The notes beneath the pieces are model-generated. The model was not told where the DNA came from, ran no database searches, and worked only from the letters and a program-made list of their open reading frames with translations. Below, piece after piece: positions 44,265 to 54,996 of a DNA stretch of 64,000 bases. Both the position numbers and the translations under genes were made by a program. Source of the stretch: an uncultured bacterium (GTDB taxonomy: Bacteria > Patescibacteriota > Minisyncoccia > Phycocordibacterales > PALSA-1337); NCBI GenBank assembly GCA_963701025.1, contig OY969557.1, positions 506,042-570,041 on the forward strand, in the 5' to 3' direction. Positions within the stretch are counted from its first letter, which is position 1. Every line of letters begins with the position of its first letter.

Positions 44265-44911
44265 AGGTTGTTTTTGAGGTTGCGCAGATTGGTCTGAACC
44301 GTATAGGTAATCGGTGCCGGCGATCGGTTCGGGTCAAGATCAATGATGATATTTATCTTGACCAGACGGACTGCCGCCGTCGATATCGGTTGGGCTAGAG
44401 GCGAGCTCGTACCATTATAATTAGTATCGAAGTATTGGAAAACAGGCGTCGTGTTCCCATTGCGAACATTTGTGATCAGCGTCGTAGTTATCGGACTGCC
44501 CGCATAACCAAGAGGCGCGCCGGACGGCTGAATGACCGATCTTGTCAGAGTCGTACCATTGAGTGAATAGGTGATTTGTTCCGTCTGTCCGTCATTATCA
44601 GGGTCAGAGAAGAAAGAGATACTGGTACTACCGGTACTAACCAACGCATATGCTCCGTTCACGCCCGGAGCCGTCTCGCGCAATTCCGTGAGCATGGTTT
44701 TCAGGATGACTTGAGCGTTCTGCGCTGTGGCAAAAGAGTTGGAGATCTCGCCTTGATATATGAAGGTGTTCGCCTCGAATGTTCCGACGGCGGCGATGAC
44801 CGTCACGAATATGGCGAGAGTGATAAGCACTTCGACGAGAGTCATGCCTCGTCCGACCCTCTGAATTTCATTCTCCATTATTCTGTGCATGATCGTGTGT
44901 GATTTTATCAT
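44261..44911 (-). CDS. PilW-like prepilin
   Basis: Type III signal RG|MTLVEVLITLAIF and C-terminal LRNLK. Confidence 0.85.
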   Translation of the reverse strand: MIKSHTIMHRIMENEIQRVGRGMTLVEVLITLAIFVTVIAAVGTFEANTFIYQGEISNSFATAQNAQVILKTMLTELRETAPGVNGAYALVSTGSTSISFFSDPDNDGQTEQITYSLNGTTLTRSVIQPSGAPLGYAGSPITTTLITNVRNGNTTPVFQYFDTNYNGTSSPLAQPISTAAVRLVKINIIIDLDPNRSPAPITYTVQTNLRNLKNNL

Positions 44912-46820
44912 TTATGGCCCGATCGACACCGGTTGCTGTTGCCAACCGCTACTGATGCCCACCGAAGAGATCGTAGTCGTGGCATACCCAGGCTTTCCGA
45001 CCGATATAGTGTAGCCGTTTGCGCTCGTGAATAGTCCCTGAAAGAGGACTTGTCCCGGCGGTATGCAACCGGATGTATAAGAAAACGTCACATCAGAGAC
45101 GCTTGGCGTGACCGTGGCGGTATTAGTCGTGAGATACGCCATGTAGCGCGAAAATTCATTGTTATTGCTTACACCGTTGATCGCTCCGCCAGGAACAGTG
45201 AAGTAGGTATTGTGCGTTCCATCTGGGCCGAGATAATCCGACCACGAGAACGTAGAAGTCGAGGTCGGTTTTGTTGCAAACTGGAATTTGACCGGCATCG
45301 GACCTGTGAGGAGCGCTTGGCTGGCCGGCTTCCAAGACAGTGTGTAAAAATTGCTGGTTGTACCGGTGTCAAAAACCGATGATTCAAGGGTGCCGGTCGC
45401 CGTAGTGTTATATGGATCGCCGATCGCATTCCAATGCAACTGTATGTTCCCTGAAGATGACGCCGTAGCCGTGTCTACGCCACCACTATTAGTACTGGAA
45501 TATGCGCTTTGGTCAATATAGAGGCCATTTTGAATAGGACCATGTGACCAATCCGTCTGCGAAAGATACCCCACTCCTGTTGTCTGAAACTGGTCATACG
45601 CGCCGTTCGAGAGCTCGACTGTCGCTCCAGAAACCGGCAATTTGCTTACCTTGTCAGCAACGGACACCATGAGGCTGTTACCGCTCTTCGGCACGACAAC
45701 CAATTGTATATTTTGGGAATTATTCGGATTGAGCGCGAACGGACTTGGAGGATTGATCCCTTCGACATCATATGTGGTATCAGTCGGCGTGATTGTATAC
45801 GTATCCCATTCCATAGAATTCATGTCGAGAGCGCCACCAGCTCCAGTTGATAGATTCGTTGAGGGATATTTGAGGATGAGTGACGGAGTAGTTGCTATGG
45901 TCTTTGATCCCGCCAGAGAAAAGTGATAGTTGGATATGGCTACGCATGTAGGATTGACGCTTGTGAAATGCAATGAACTTAATCGATCTATGGCAAAGCT
46001 GATACTGGTCACTTGCTGATTGATAACATTCGCATCAGGCTTGGAAGGAGTAGGACCGGCCAATCCACCTGCGGCATATGTCCGGTCTGTCGAATAGCCC
46101 GGTTTAGCTACCGTGATCCGGTACATATTCGCGCCCGGCGCCACACCGATGATGTTCAGCGTGCCGTTATTGTCCGTAAAATCATGGTCCTGGACAGTCG
46201 AGGTGGCCAGGCTCTGCAGCGTCGTCGAAGCGTCTTCCACCGGATTGCCGTTGGCATCTATAACATTGATGACGACTGCTCCCCCATTCGATGCCGACTG
46301 CAGATTGGCCGGAGAGACTTGTCCCGTCAGGATAACCGGCTGGAAATCCTTGCAGGTCGGGCATTCGACGTCTACTTCGACCAGCTTGTCGCTGGCCTGG
46401 AGCTGGATACTCGTCGCCAAATTGATATTGCGGACGGTCAGAGGTGACCGTGAACGTATATCCGCCGCGCGTGAGCGTCTGCGTCTGCGGCAGGATGCCG
46501 AGAGGAATGCCGTTCGTCAGACCGACGGACACATAGGGCATGTTCCTGACGATCTCGAATTGCTCGTCGGCCAATTCGACTGCCAGCGTTCTCGCCTGAC
46601 TTCCGCTCGCCAACTGTATCAGGCTCGTAAAAGCGCCGTATGAGGCGATCCCCACTACCAAGAATAGCGCCGTGCCTACGAGGACCTCAACGAGGCTGAA
46701 GCCCTCGTGGAAAACAACGGGTTGAGGGGACCCTGCGAGCGCGTCGGCGCGAGCACGAGGAATTTTCCAGCAGGAAAATATCCGTGTCCCTGAAGCCTGT
46801 TGTTTTCCACGAGGATTCAT
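44912..46820 (-). CDS. large PilV-like prepilin with carboxypeptidase-regulatory-like beta-sandwich domains (apparent frameshift near 46440)
   Basis: G|FSLVEVLVG in ORF 46182-46820 continues into ORF 44912-46420 (V.DANGNPVEDA...TDNNG...YRITVAKPGY). Confidence 0.8.
46703..46814. mobile_element. 112-bp MITE/REP-like palindromic element inside the prepilin leader
   Basis: 16-bp perfect terminal inverted repeat CCTCGTGGAAAACAAC, extending imperfectly to about 29 bp. Internal hairpin ATTTTCC-agca-GGAAAAT. Confidence 0.7.
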
Positions 46821-46823
46821 GAA

Positions 46824-48044
46824 CTAATTGATAGCATTCACCAGCGAATACATCGGACTGATCATGGAGACCGCGAAGAAACCGACGGCCGCGCCGATGA
46901 CGAGCATCAGGAACGGCTCGATCACCGTGGACATGTCCTTCGTCTTCTGGTCTACGTCTTCTTCGTAATAACGGGCGACGCCCTGGAGCATCTCTCCCGT
47001 CTTGCCAGTCTCTTCGCCGACCGAGAGCATTTCGACGAAGAAGGCCGGAAAGAGCTTTTCGTGCTCGCTGAAGACCTTGGACATGAGATCGCCCTTCTTG
47101 ATGGCTTCGCCCGCCTGGACCAGGACCGCCCGGAAATGGACGTTCTGGACCACCGCCGCGGTGATCGACATGGACTCGACTATATCGACCCCGGATCCGA
47201 TGAGCGATGACAGGGTACGGGCCGTCCGGGCGGTATTGACTTCTTGGACCAAGCTACCGATGATCGGTATCTTCAGCATGACGGCGTGTATGACATTCTT
47301 GCCGGAGGGCTTGCGCGACCACCAGACATAAGCCCCGATAACGATGACTAGCGCGAGGAAAACGAACAGGCCCTGGTGCTGGACCGTATCGCTTATATCC
47401 AATATTACCTGCGTGGTGAAAGGCAGTTGGACGTGAAGGCTGGTGAAAGTGCTCAAAAGAGTCGGTATGACGAAGATGAACATCAGTATGGCTATGATGA
47501 TCATGGCGCAAAGGATGATCGCCGGATACATCATGGCGCCACGGATGCGCCGCTCAAGGGCGAATGTGCTCTCCATCTGGGTAGCCACAGCTTTGAGTGA
47601 ATCGGCTAGCGTGCCCGACTGCTCGCCGGCATGGACCATGGATATGAGTAGAGCGGAAAAGACTTTCGGATGGTGCGACAATGCCTCGGCGAACGTCGTG
47701 CCGCGGTTCACGTCGGATATGACGGCGGTGATGACTTCGGTCAAGGCTTTGTTATGCGACTGTTTCTGCAGGACGGCGAGGGCTCGCGAGAGAGCCAAGC
47801 CCGCTTCGAGCATCGAACCAAGGTTGCGGGCGAAGTTGATCTTGTCTATTGCTTTCACATGCTTCAAAAAGCCGATATTGAGGTTCATTTTCAGGCCTTT
47901 GCGGGCAGTCTTTTCTTCCACGGAGACCAGCTCGTCTCCGCTTTCTCGGATGATGCGGTAGAGCTCGTAGCGGTCGGCGGCGTCCCGTTCGCTCGAGTAG
48001 ACTTCCCCGCCGGGCTTTTTCGCTTTGAAGGTGAAATGAGACAT
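46824..48044 (-). CDS. pilC: type IV pilus / T2SS inner-membrane platform protein (PilC/GspF)
   Basis: FARNLGSMLEAGL, AGEQSGTL, AMMYPAI, VGEETG, IEPFLM. Confidence 0.95.
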   Translation of the reverse strand: MSHFTFKAKKPGGEVYSSERDAADRYELYRIIRESGDELVSVEEKTARKGLKMNLNIGFLKHVKAIDKINFARNLGSMLEAGLALSRALAVLQKQSHNKALTEVITAVISDVNRGTTFAEALSHHPKVFSALLISMVHAGEQSGTLADSLKAVATQMESTFALERRIRGAMMYPAIILCAMIIIAILMFIFVIPTLLSTFTSLHVQLPFTTQVILDISDTVQHQGLFVFLALVIVIGAYVWWSRKPSGKNVIHAVMLKIPIIGSLVQEVNTARTARTLSSLIGSGVDIVESMSITAAVVQNVHFRAVLVQAGEAIKKGDLMSKVFSEHEKLFPAFFVEMLSVGEETGKTGEMLQGVARYYEEDVDQKTKDMSTVIEPFLMLVIGAAVGFFAVSMISPMYSLVNAIN

Positions 48045-48088
48045 TATCGCTCTTGATTTTAGCTCGGAATGAGGTTGTGGACAACCGC

Positions 48089-48117
48089 TTGACTTTTAGC
48101 GAGCGTTCGCATAGGAT
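48089..48117 (+). promoter_or_regulatory. sigma70 promoter pointing at the DUF3800 3' end
   Basis: TTGACT(48089-94)-N17-TAGGAT(48112-17), with no plausible gene downstream on this strand. Confidence 0.7.
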
Positions 48118-48123
48118 TTAGCC

Positions 48124-48215
48124 ATGAAAGGCTGGGGAGAGAGCGTGATGCCGCGAGCCGGCCTTTCTCCCCAAAAGAGCGTGTCCTAGGTCTAGGGCCC
48201 GCTCTTTTGGGTTTT
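48124..48215 (+). ncRNA. putative DUF3800-associated structured ncRNA (about 90 nt)
   Basis: Own promoter. 5' domain GAAAGGCTGG/CCGGCCTTTC with alternative pairing GGGGAGA/TCTCCCC. 3' hairpin CCCAAAAGAGCG...CGCTCTTTTGGG plus TTTT abuts the DUF3800 stop. Confidence 0.6.
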
Positions 48216-48887
48216 CTACCATATTTTCCGGAGATACTTCTTATCGATGACTTTGCGTAAATCCTTGTTCTTGCCGGTAAAATGGTCTTTGAGCGCGCCG
48301 CTTATTAGGTCTGACATCTGCATGGCATTCACGTATTCGGAGTTCACGTGAGTGATATGTCTTATCCGTCGAATAGTCTTGGTGTTCACTCTGTCTAAAA
48401 GATACTTGTTGAAATTATCGAATTTACCTTTGAACATGCGCCTGTCCGCTCGATCGATGACGACTTCAGCTTCAATTAAATTCTGGATTTTCGCCGTGAA
48501 TAGAACAAGCTTTGACAGATTGTAGTCGTCAAAAATATTGTGGAGCTTGGCGTCATCTTTCACGGCAAACTTGCCTTTATATTTAGCCTTGTCGATCAAG
48601 CGATAATATACGGTAATGCCTAGCTGATTGATGATATCCAGCAATTCTTCGTACATATCCAAAGGGATGATAGTCGATTTTATCTCGCTCTTGAAGCCGA
48701 ACTTATTCCTTATCTCCATGATCTTGTTTTCCAAGGCAAAAAGCTTCGCGGAATCCAGATAAACGGCGGAGAGTATGTAGAAAAGACTGGATCCTGTAGG
48801 AATTTTGTTGCCGGCGGCATCAATATCAAAAGGCTTGCCGGGATCTCCGGATTCGTCGACGAAGATGTAATGTTGCGCGTTTGCCAT
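48216..48887 (-). CDS. DUF3800 family protein (RNase H-like fold predicted)
   Basis: N-terminal YIFVDESGD and C-terminal S......MQMSDLISG (QxxD). Start ATG 48887 is 7 nt after TACAAT. Confidence 0.85.
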   Translation of the reverse strand: MANAQHYIFVDESGDPGKPFDIDAAGNKIPTGSSLFYILSAVYLDSAKLFALENKIMEIRNKFGFKSEIKSTIIPLDMYEELLDIINQLGITVYYRLIDKAKYKGKFAVKDDAKLHNIFDDYNLSKLVLFTAKIQNLIEAEVVIDRADRRMFKGKFDNFNKYLLDRVNTKTIRRIRHITHVNSEYVNAMQMSDLISGALKDHFTGKNKDLRKVIDKKYLRKIW

Positions 48888-48912
48888 GCGCGACATTGTA
48901 GCATTTATCTAT

Positions 48913-49197
48913 TTACCTTTGTCGATATTCCGTCAATATCTCCTGCGGCGACTTTCCTTTGAGCGCTTTGTGCGGAAAATAATTCCAAGCGTCGGTAACT
49001 GTTTCCAATACATTGCTCAAGTTTTCTATGTCGCCATCGTCGAACATAGCGATGATGTGCTGAAAATCGTCATTGTCTTCTTCTAGGTATATTGAAACAA
49101 TCACGTCGTCCACGCTAAAATCGCTGTTCGTCTCTTTCAACAATTCTGCAAGCTCCATTTTGAGCTCGGTGCGGCGAGCAAGGATGGGTTGGGACAT
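48913..49197 (-). CDS. small acidic hypothetical protein
   Basis: 94-aa ORF (DAWNYFPHKALKGKSPQE) between the R-M and DUF3800 genes. Confidence 0.7.
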   Translation of the reverse strand: MSQPILARRTELKMELAELLKETNSDFSVDDVIVSIYLEEDNDDFQHIIAMFDDGDIENLSNVLETVTDAWNYFPHKALKGKSPQEILTEYRQR

Positions 49198-49209
49198 ACG
49201 AGCCGTGTT

Positions 49210-52048
49210 TCATGATTCGACGATCTTTATCTCCTCATCATTAAGCCCGTAAATCCTGTAAACTTCCTCGTCGACCTTCTTTTCGGTCTTGGATATTTCT
49301 TCCCTCATCGCCAGCCAATCATCAGAATTTTCAGCCAGCTTGCTAAGTTCTTTATGCAGAAGAAGTGTCTTATCGACTAAGGAGACGACGGCTTTTTGTT
49401 GTTCTTTGTTTCCCACGCATATCGGTATATCTAGAAGCGGACCTTTGTCGACTTGGAGTAGGTCACCCAGTTGTTTGCCTTTATTTTTCAGCCAAAAGTA
49501 TGAGAGTCTAGAATTTAGTATTCCCGTAAGATATTTCAGATCAACCCTGTCGGTCTTTATGAAATTCAAAGCACGCGAGCCGTAATACGGGTCGTTGGTG
49601 TAATAGAAACTTGGGAATTTGACTCTAACTCCACAAACAATTTTGGGACCTTTCTCAAAAAACTTCTCGTCACGTTCTCTATGAAGATAAAAGAATGGTT
49701 TATCCGGAGTACCATACTTTATCTTGGCCTCCTTCAGTACCTCTTCATATGGCTCAAAGTGTTTAAAAATGTTCGGATATTTACTTAGTTTTTTATCTTT
49801 GAAATTCTTGTCACAAATATAGAAAATGTAATAGGTTGATTCACCGCCTTCATATTTCCCTGATGCAGTATAAAATTGCTTGAGAAATTTTTGTTCATCG
49901 TCGTTATACCTACTGATGTCTTTCTCGAGAAAATATTTATCGGGCGCAGCCACTATACCTTGTCCGACCTCCTTTTCCGTAAGCTCAAAATTCTTCTTGT
50001 TCTTTATCTTATCGAAAATCGAGTTGGATTCAGTCTTGGCAAAAGTTATATTGCCTCCTATAAGTTTTTTGGGTTCAATCTCGATCTTCGTCTTTCCTTC
50101 GATCATATCGGCTACCAATTTGTCTTCCGCGACATTCTTGTCGGTAACCTTCAAATAATTCACTTCGTATTTTTCGCCCGGTTTCTTCTTTTCAAAGACA
50201 AATATCATAGTCTGTATACCGGCTTCCTGAAAAATCTTGTAATCGCAAAAATCAATAAATGTCTTCAACTCCCCATCTTTTAATGTCTTGTCCCTAAAGA
50301 TGCTGGCTCCAGCGTTTGTGACCCAGTTATTCGGCGCGATAAAGCCCAATCTACCACCTCCTTCTTTTAGAAGATCAATCGCGACACAAGCGAACATGGT
50401 CCAAATGTCCATTTTTCCTTGGTAATACGGACTTTCATGCAAACCGTCAAATGCCGCTTTATTGACGAATTCCTTGATATACGGTGGATTTCCAATGATC
50501 ACGTCGAATCCTCCCTGCTTGAATACCACTGGGAACTCTTCCCGCCAATTGAACGCCTTCTTGTCGCGCCAATTCGCTCCGAATCTGTCTTTCAATTCAG
50601 AGTCCGTGCCCGAGACTAGGGAATTGCCATTCTTTATGTTACCTCCAAGGTTAGGTAGCTTTATCTTTGCGTCAAAAGTATTCAAAAGAAGATTGAGGCG
50701 GGCGATTTCAACCGCCTGTTGATCGAGATCGACGCCGTAAATATTCTGCTCCAGCACTCGTGACCGCAGGAGCGGATCTTTGGGATCGCTTCCGAATCCT
50801 TCGTATTTCTTCAAGACCAAATCAAAAGCAGAGACTAGAAAGGAGCCAGACCCGCAGGCCGGATCAAGTATTTTCACTTCTTGCAGATCGGCAATAGTCC
50901 GACATGAATCCAGCACTGGGCCCAAGGTGTTTTTCACGATGTACTCGACGACAAATTTGGGGGTATAATAGATGCCCTGTTCTTTTCGCTTGCGCAGATT
51001 CTGGCTTCCTTCCGCGCTTGTGCCGTCTTTTTTCTTTTCCTTGGATTTTTGTAGCCTGTAACCAAGATAATTTTCATAAACACTGCCAAGTACGTCCGCT
51101 GGTATGATCGAAAAATCATATTCAAAATAGGTGTCGCGGCCGTATAAAATCTCTATAACTTCCTTTGTGGCGTCGTTGTATTCTTCCCATTTCTCGAATG
51201 GATGTTCGGAAAATAGATTCGAGTTATATATCTTGTCCAACTCACGGAACTTACCGATCATGGCTTGATACAAGCTTCCTTCATTTTTACCGGCCGTCCT
51301 GTCCGCTAGCCACTGGTGCAACATCGGTCTTAATGTCGGCGGTTCGATCTTCCTGTCCTCCGCCACCCGTATAAAAACCATCCTGTCGATTAAGCTTCTG
51401 AACCTCCTCGTCGATCAGATGAGAATCGACTCCGGTATTCCATATTTCAAAGGCCTTAGTCAGTAGACCTCGGCATTCATTCATGTCCTTGGACAGGCTC
51501 TCGGTCACTGAAACCTTTTGCGCTTTTTTGCCGTGTTGCTCGGCTTCTTTATCAATGAGAGACTGCCCGAAAGATTCTTTGGATAAAAGCCAGAGTTGAT
51601 CGAATCTGCTCTCGTACTCCGAGCTTGAGATCTCAAAATATTTTTTGCTGAACAGACTCTTGTCCGGACTTAAAGCATTGAATACGATCGTCGTCTCGAA
51701 GTTCGAAAGAATTGCCCATGTAACGCCCTTATTCCACGAATAACGAATGGCTTGTTGGGCATACTCGTCATCATGCATCTTGTCCGTTTTGAGCGGCTTT
51801 GCTTCAAGATAGAATTTTATAAAGCCGTTAAGGTAGAAACCATAGTCGACTCGCTTACCAGATATCTGCTCTTCCGCCGTGACTTCGGCCCGGTTAGACA
51901 CGTCCCAACCGAGTGCCTCAAAAAGCGGTAAAATAAAGTCTTTCTTAGTGTCTTCTTCGCTGAAGTCTCTAATTTTATTAGCGGCTTTGATGTCGTCATA
52001 TTTTTCCACGAGATCCTGAACTGCCAGTCTTGCTTCATCTTTGGTCAT
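49210..52048 (-). CDS. type IIG-like fused restriction-modification enzyme (PD-(D/E)xK nuclease, N6-adenine MTase, TRD), apparent 1-nt frameshift near 51390
   Basis: EEDTKKDFILPLFEALGWD...RVDY...LEAK, LGSVYE, GIYYTP, LDPACGSGSF, IIGNPPY and a TaqI-C-like C-terminus. Confidence 0.9.
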
Positions 52049-52087
52049 ATGTATTCAGAATCTTAACATGTAAAACCTCCCCAATAA

Positions 52088-53851
52088 CTATTCGCTCACC
52101 ACCCTCAACACCTCCTCTATCGTCGTCAGCCCTTCCGCGCATTTATATATGCCATCCTCCAGCATGGTCAGCATGCCCTCTTTCTTGGCCTGAACCTCTA
52201 TCTCGCGTCGAAGTGGCGCTCTTTCATGATGAGGTCTTTGATGCTCTGGCTCATCTTCAAGACCTCATGGATGCCGACGCGGCCCTTGAAGCCGTCGTCA
52301 TCGCGCCCCGGCCGACCGGCTTTGTAGAACTATATGTCTTTCCAAGTCATCGCTCTGCTTGACGATCTTTTCCGTCTTGAGGGCGTCCAGGACGCGGTTC
52401 AGGTCCACGAGCTTCTCCAACTGGGCGAACTCGGCCTTGGACAAGGCATATGCTGCCTTGGTGTCGGTCAGACGGCGGACCAGGCGCTGGCCGATGACGA
52501 TATCCAGAGTCGAGACCAGCAGGAACGGCTCGACTTTCATGTCGAGGAGGCGCGGGATGGCGCCGGCGGCGCTATTGGTGTGCAAGAGTCGAGAGCACCA
52601 AGTGGCCGGTCAGGGAAGCATTGACGGCCAAGAGCGGCCGTCTCGTTGTCGCGGATCTCTCCGACCATGATGATGTCCGGATCCTGGCGGACCAGAGTGC
52701 GTATGCCCTGGGCGAAGGAGAAGCCGATCTCCGGCCTGACCTGGGTCTGGTTGATGCGGGCCATCTGGTATTCGATCGGGTCCTCGATGGTGGAGATGTT
52801 CACGTCAGGCGTGTTCAGGATATCGAGCATGGTATAGAGCGTCGTCGTTTTGCCGGAGCCGGTCGGGCCGGTGGTCAGTATCATGCCCGTCGTCTGGTTC
52901 AGGGCTTTGTGGATGCGCTCCAAGGCTCTCGCCGTGGAAGTGCAGGATACTCCAGAGTGAAGCCGGATATGCTCTCGCGCAGGAGGCGCATGACGATCTT
53001 TTCGCCATAGTATGTCGGCAGTATGGACACGCGGAAGGAGACTTTCTCGTTGGTCAGGTCGACTTTGAAACGGCCGTCCTGCGGCAGGCGCTTCTCGTCG
53101 AGCTTCAGATTCGAGAGCACCTTGATGCGCGCGGACACGGACGGCCCGGCGGCTTTCGCGGCAGGACCATGGCGTCATGCAAGAGGCCGTCGATGCGGTA
53201 GCGCACGAGCACCTGTTCTTCCATCGGCTCGATATGGATGTCAGATGCGTTCTGCAATATGGCGTGCTTGACCAGCGTGTCCACGATGCGCACCACCGGC
53301 AGATCGTCGGCCAGCTTCTTCAGGTCTTCTTCCGATGCCGCTTCCCCCTTTTCCTCCGAGATCATCTTCAGGGTCTCCGTTTCCTTCTGGATGATATCGC
53401 CGAACTCCGCTTTGAGCGACTTCTGGTATTGGACCAGCGCGTCCTTGACCGAATCGCTGTCGGTCAGGCGCGGCAATATCTTCAGGTTCACCTTCTTCTT
53501 GATGAAGTCGATGGCCGACAGGTCGTTCACGTCCAGCATGGCCACTTCCAGCGAGACGTCGTTCTTCTTGAAAGCGACGATGTTGTGACCGCGGGCGATC
53601 GGCTCGGGTATGAGCGAGAGCACCTCGAACGGCAGTTTTCTTGCCTTTAAGATCCACGAACGGGATGCCCAGCACGTACGCCTGCATGCGCCGCAGATTG
53701 TCCGCGGTTATCTTGCCTTGGCGTGACGAGCGTATCGCCCAGGCGCTTATTCTTTTTATCCGCCTCTGTTCTTGGCATTCTCCAGGTCGTCCTTGGTTAC
53801 GAGACCGGAGTCGAGGATGAATTTATAGAGCTGGGTGTCTTCGATGAGCAT
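52088..53851 (-). CDS. pilB: type IV pilus assembly ATPase PilB/GspE (several apparent frameshifts)
   Basis: [65 protein letters not shown]-terminal [12 protein letters not shown]. Start [17 protein letters not shown]. Confidence 0.92.
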
Positions 53852-53900
53852 TATGCCCTATATTCTATCAGATAATTGGTTTGGTGTTATAATGAAGCCA

Positions 53901-54431
53901 ATGACACGTTTGCAACAATTATTACTCTTTATTCTGGATAGGGCCCAAAAAGAAGGTAAGTCTGAATTGTCCCAGTTTCAACTCTTCAAAATACCCTATC
54001 TTTTGCAAGTATATTCCTTGAAATACGCGGGAACCCCTTTTATCGCGGACGCATATTTCGTCAGGGAAAAGAACGGACCAATCTCCATAGAGATATATAC
54101 GGCGCTGAAGAATCTGGAATCAGACGGTTATGTTAAAAAAGAGATTAGGGAAAACAAAGAATACGGTTTCCCCAAACATGCATTCAGCCTTAGTAAAGAT
54201 ATACCAAAACTTGATTTTGACGCGGGTGAAATCATCTTTTTGGATAATTTCCTTTCAGAATTACTCCCGTTGACTCAGGCAAAGCTGAAAGAGAAAGCTT
54301 ACGCAACCGAGCCGATGCAGGAGATCCAAGGAAGAGAAAAGAAGGGGCGTGTACTAAAGGGCGCTCCGTTAAATTTTGCCAGCATTTCAGTCGATCCTGA
54401 CGTGGTGGACTCGTATTCAGATGAATTTTAA
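53901..54431 (+). CDS. Panacea (DUF4065/SocA-like) antitoxin
   Basis: LFKIPYL.Q...L...G.P.....F.....GPI, in a two-gene operon. ATG is 7 nt after TATAAT. Confidence 0.75.
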   Translation: MTRLQQLLLFILDRAQKEGKSELSQFQLFKIPYLLQVYSLKYAGTPFIADAYFVREKNGPISIEIYTALKNLESDGYVKKEIRENKEYGFPKHAFSLSKDIPKLDFDAGEIIFLDNFLSELLPLTQAKLKEKAYATEPMQEIQGREKKGRVLKGAPLNFASISVDPDVVDSYSDEF

Positions 54432-54852
54432 TGTCGGGGATATATTATATTTTGATCAGTACCAATTCACGGATACTGGAGAACTAAAGCCTCATTTCGG
54501 ACTTGTCTTACTGCCTGAACGAGCCACCGAATACCAGAACAGCGTCTTGTGCTCCGTGATCACATCAAAGGAACCTCGAGTATGGGGTCTCTTACTCTTA
54601 CAAGCGTCTTATCCGTGTTTCAGATGCGATTCGTATGCGTGTTTCGACAGAAAAGATCTCGTATCAAAAAGTGGCCTTAGCAACAAGAGCCAACCTGTCG
54701 GCTCATTAACTAAAGGAGATTTAGTAAAAGCCTTTAAGATACTCCGGAAATCTCTTTTCGTGATCAGCGATCTGGGAAAAAGTCCATACTTCAGAGCAGC
54801 TATCATATATCAATGGAAGGTCGCGTTAGGTATGACTTCTAGTTTATATTGA
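54421..54852 (+). CDS. PemK/MazF-like toxin
   Basis: VGDILYF....FTDTGELKPHFGLVL...VLCSVITSK...DSYACFD...VGSL. Overlaps the antitoxin stop. Confidence 0.7.
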   Translation: MNFNVGDILYFDQYQFTDTGELKPHFGLVLLPERATEYQNSVLCSVITSKEPRVWGLLLLQASYPCFRCDSYACFDRKDLVSKSGLSNKSQPVGSLTKGDLVKAFKILRKSLFVISDLGKSPYFRAAIIYQWKVALGMTSSLY

Positions 54853-54931
54853 TTAGGTCATACCTGAACCATTACGGTCAATTTACCAAAATGGTTTCAC
54901 TATGTTCTAATTTTCCGGCGGTTTTTTGTAA

Positions 54932-54966
54932 GAAAAAACCACGCAAGCTGTTAAGCGAGCGTGGTG
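54932..54966 (-). terminator. intrinsic terminator of the radical SAM gene
   Basis: ACCACGC...GCGTGGT stem followed by TTTTTCT on the minus strand. Confidence 0.65.
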
Positions 54967-54996
54967 AAGGTTCTTGAACTCCCTCAAACGTAAGGA

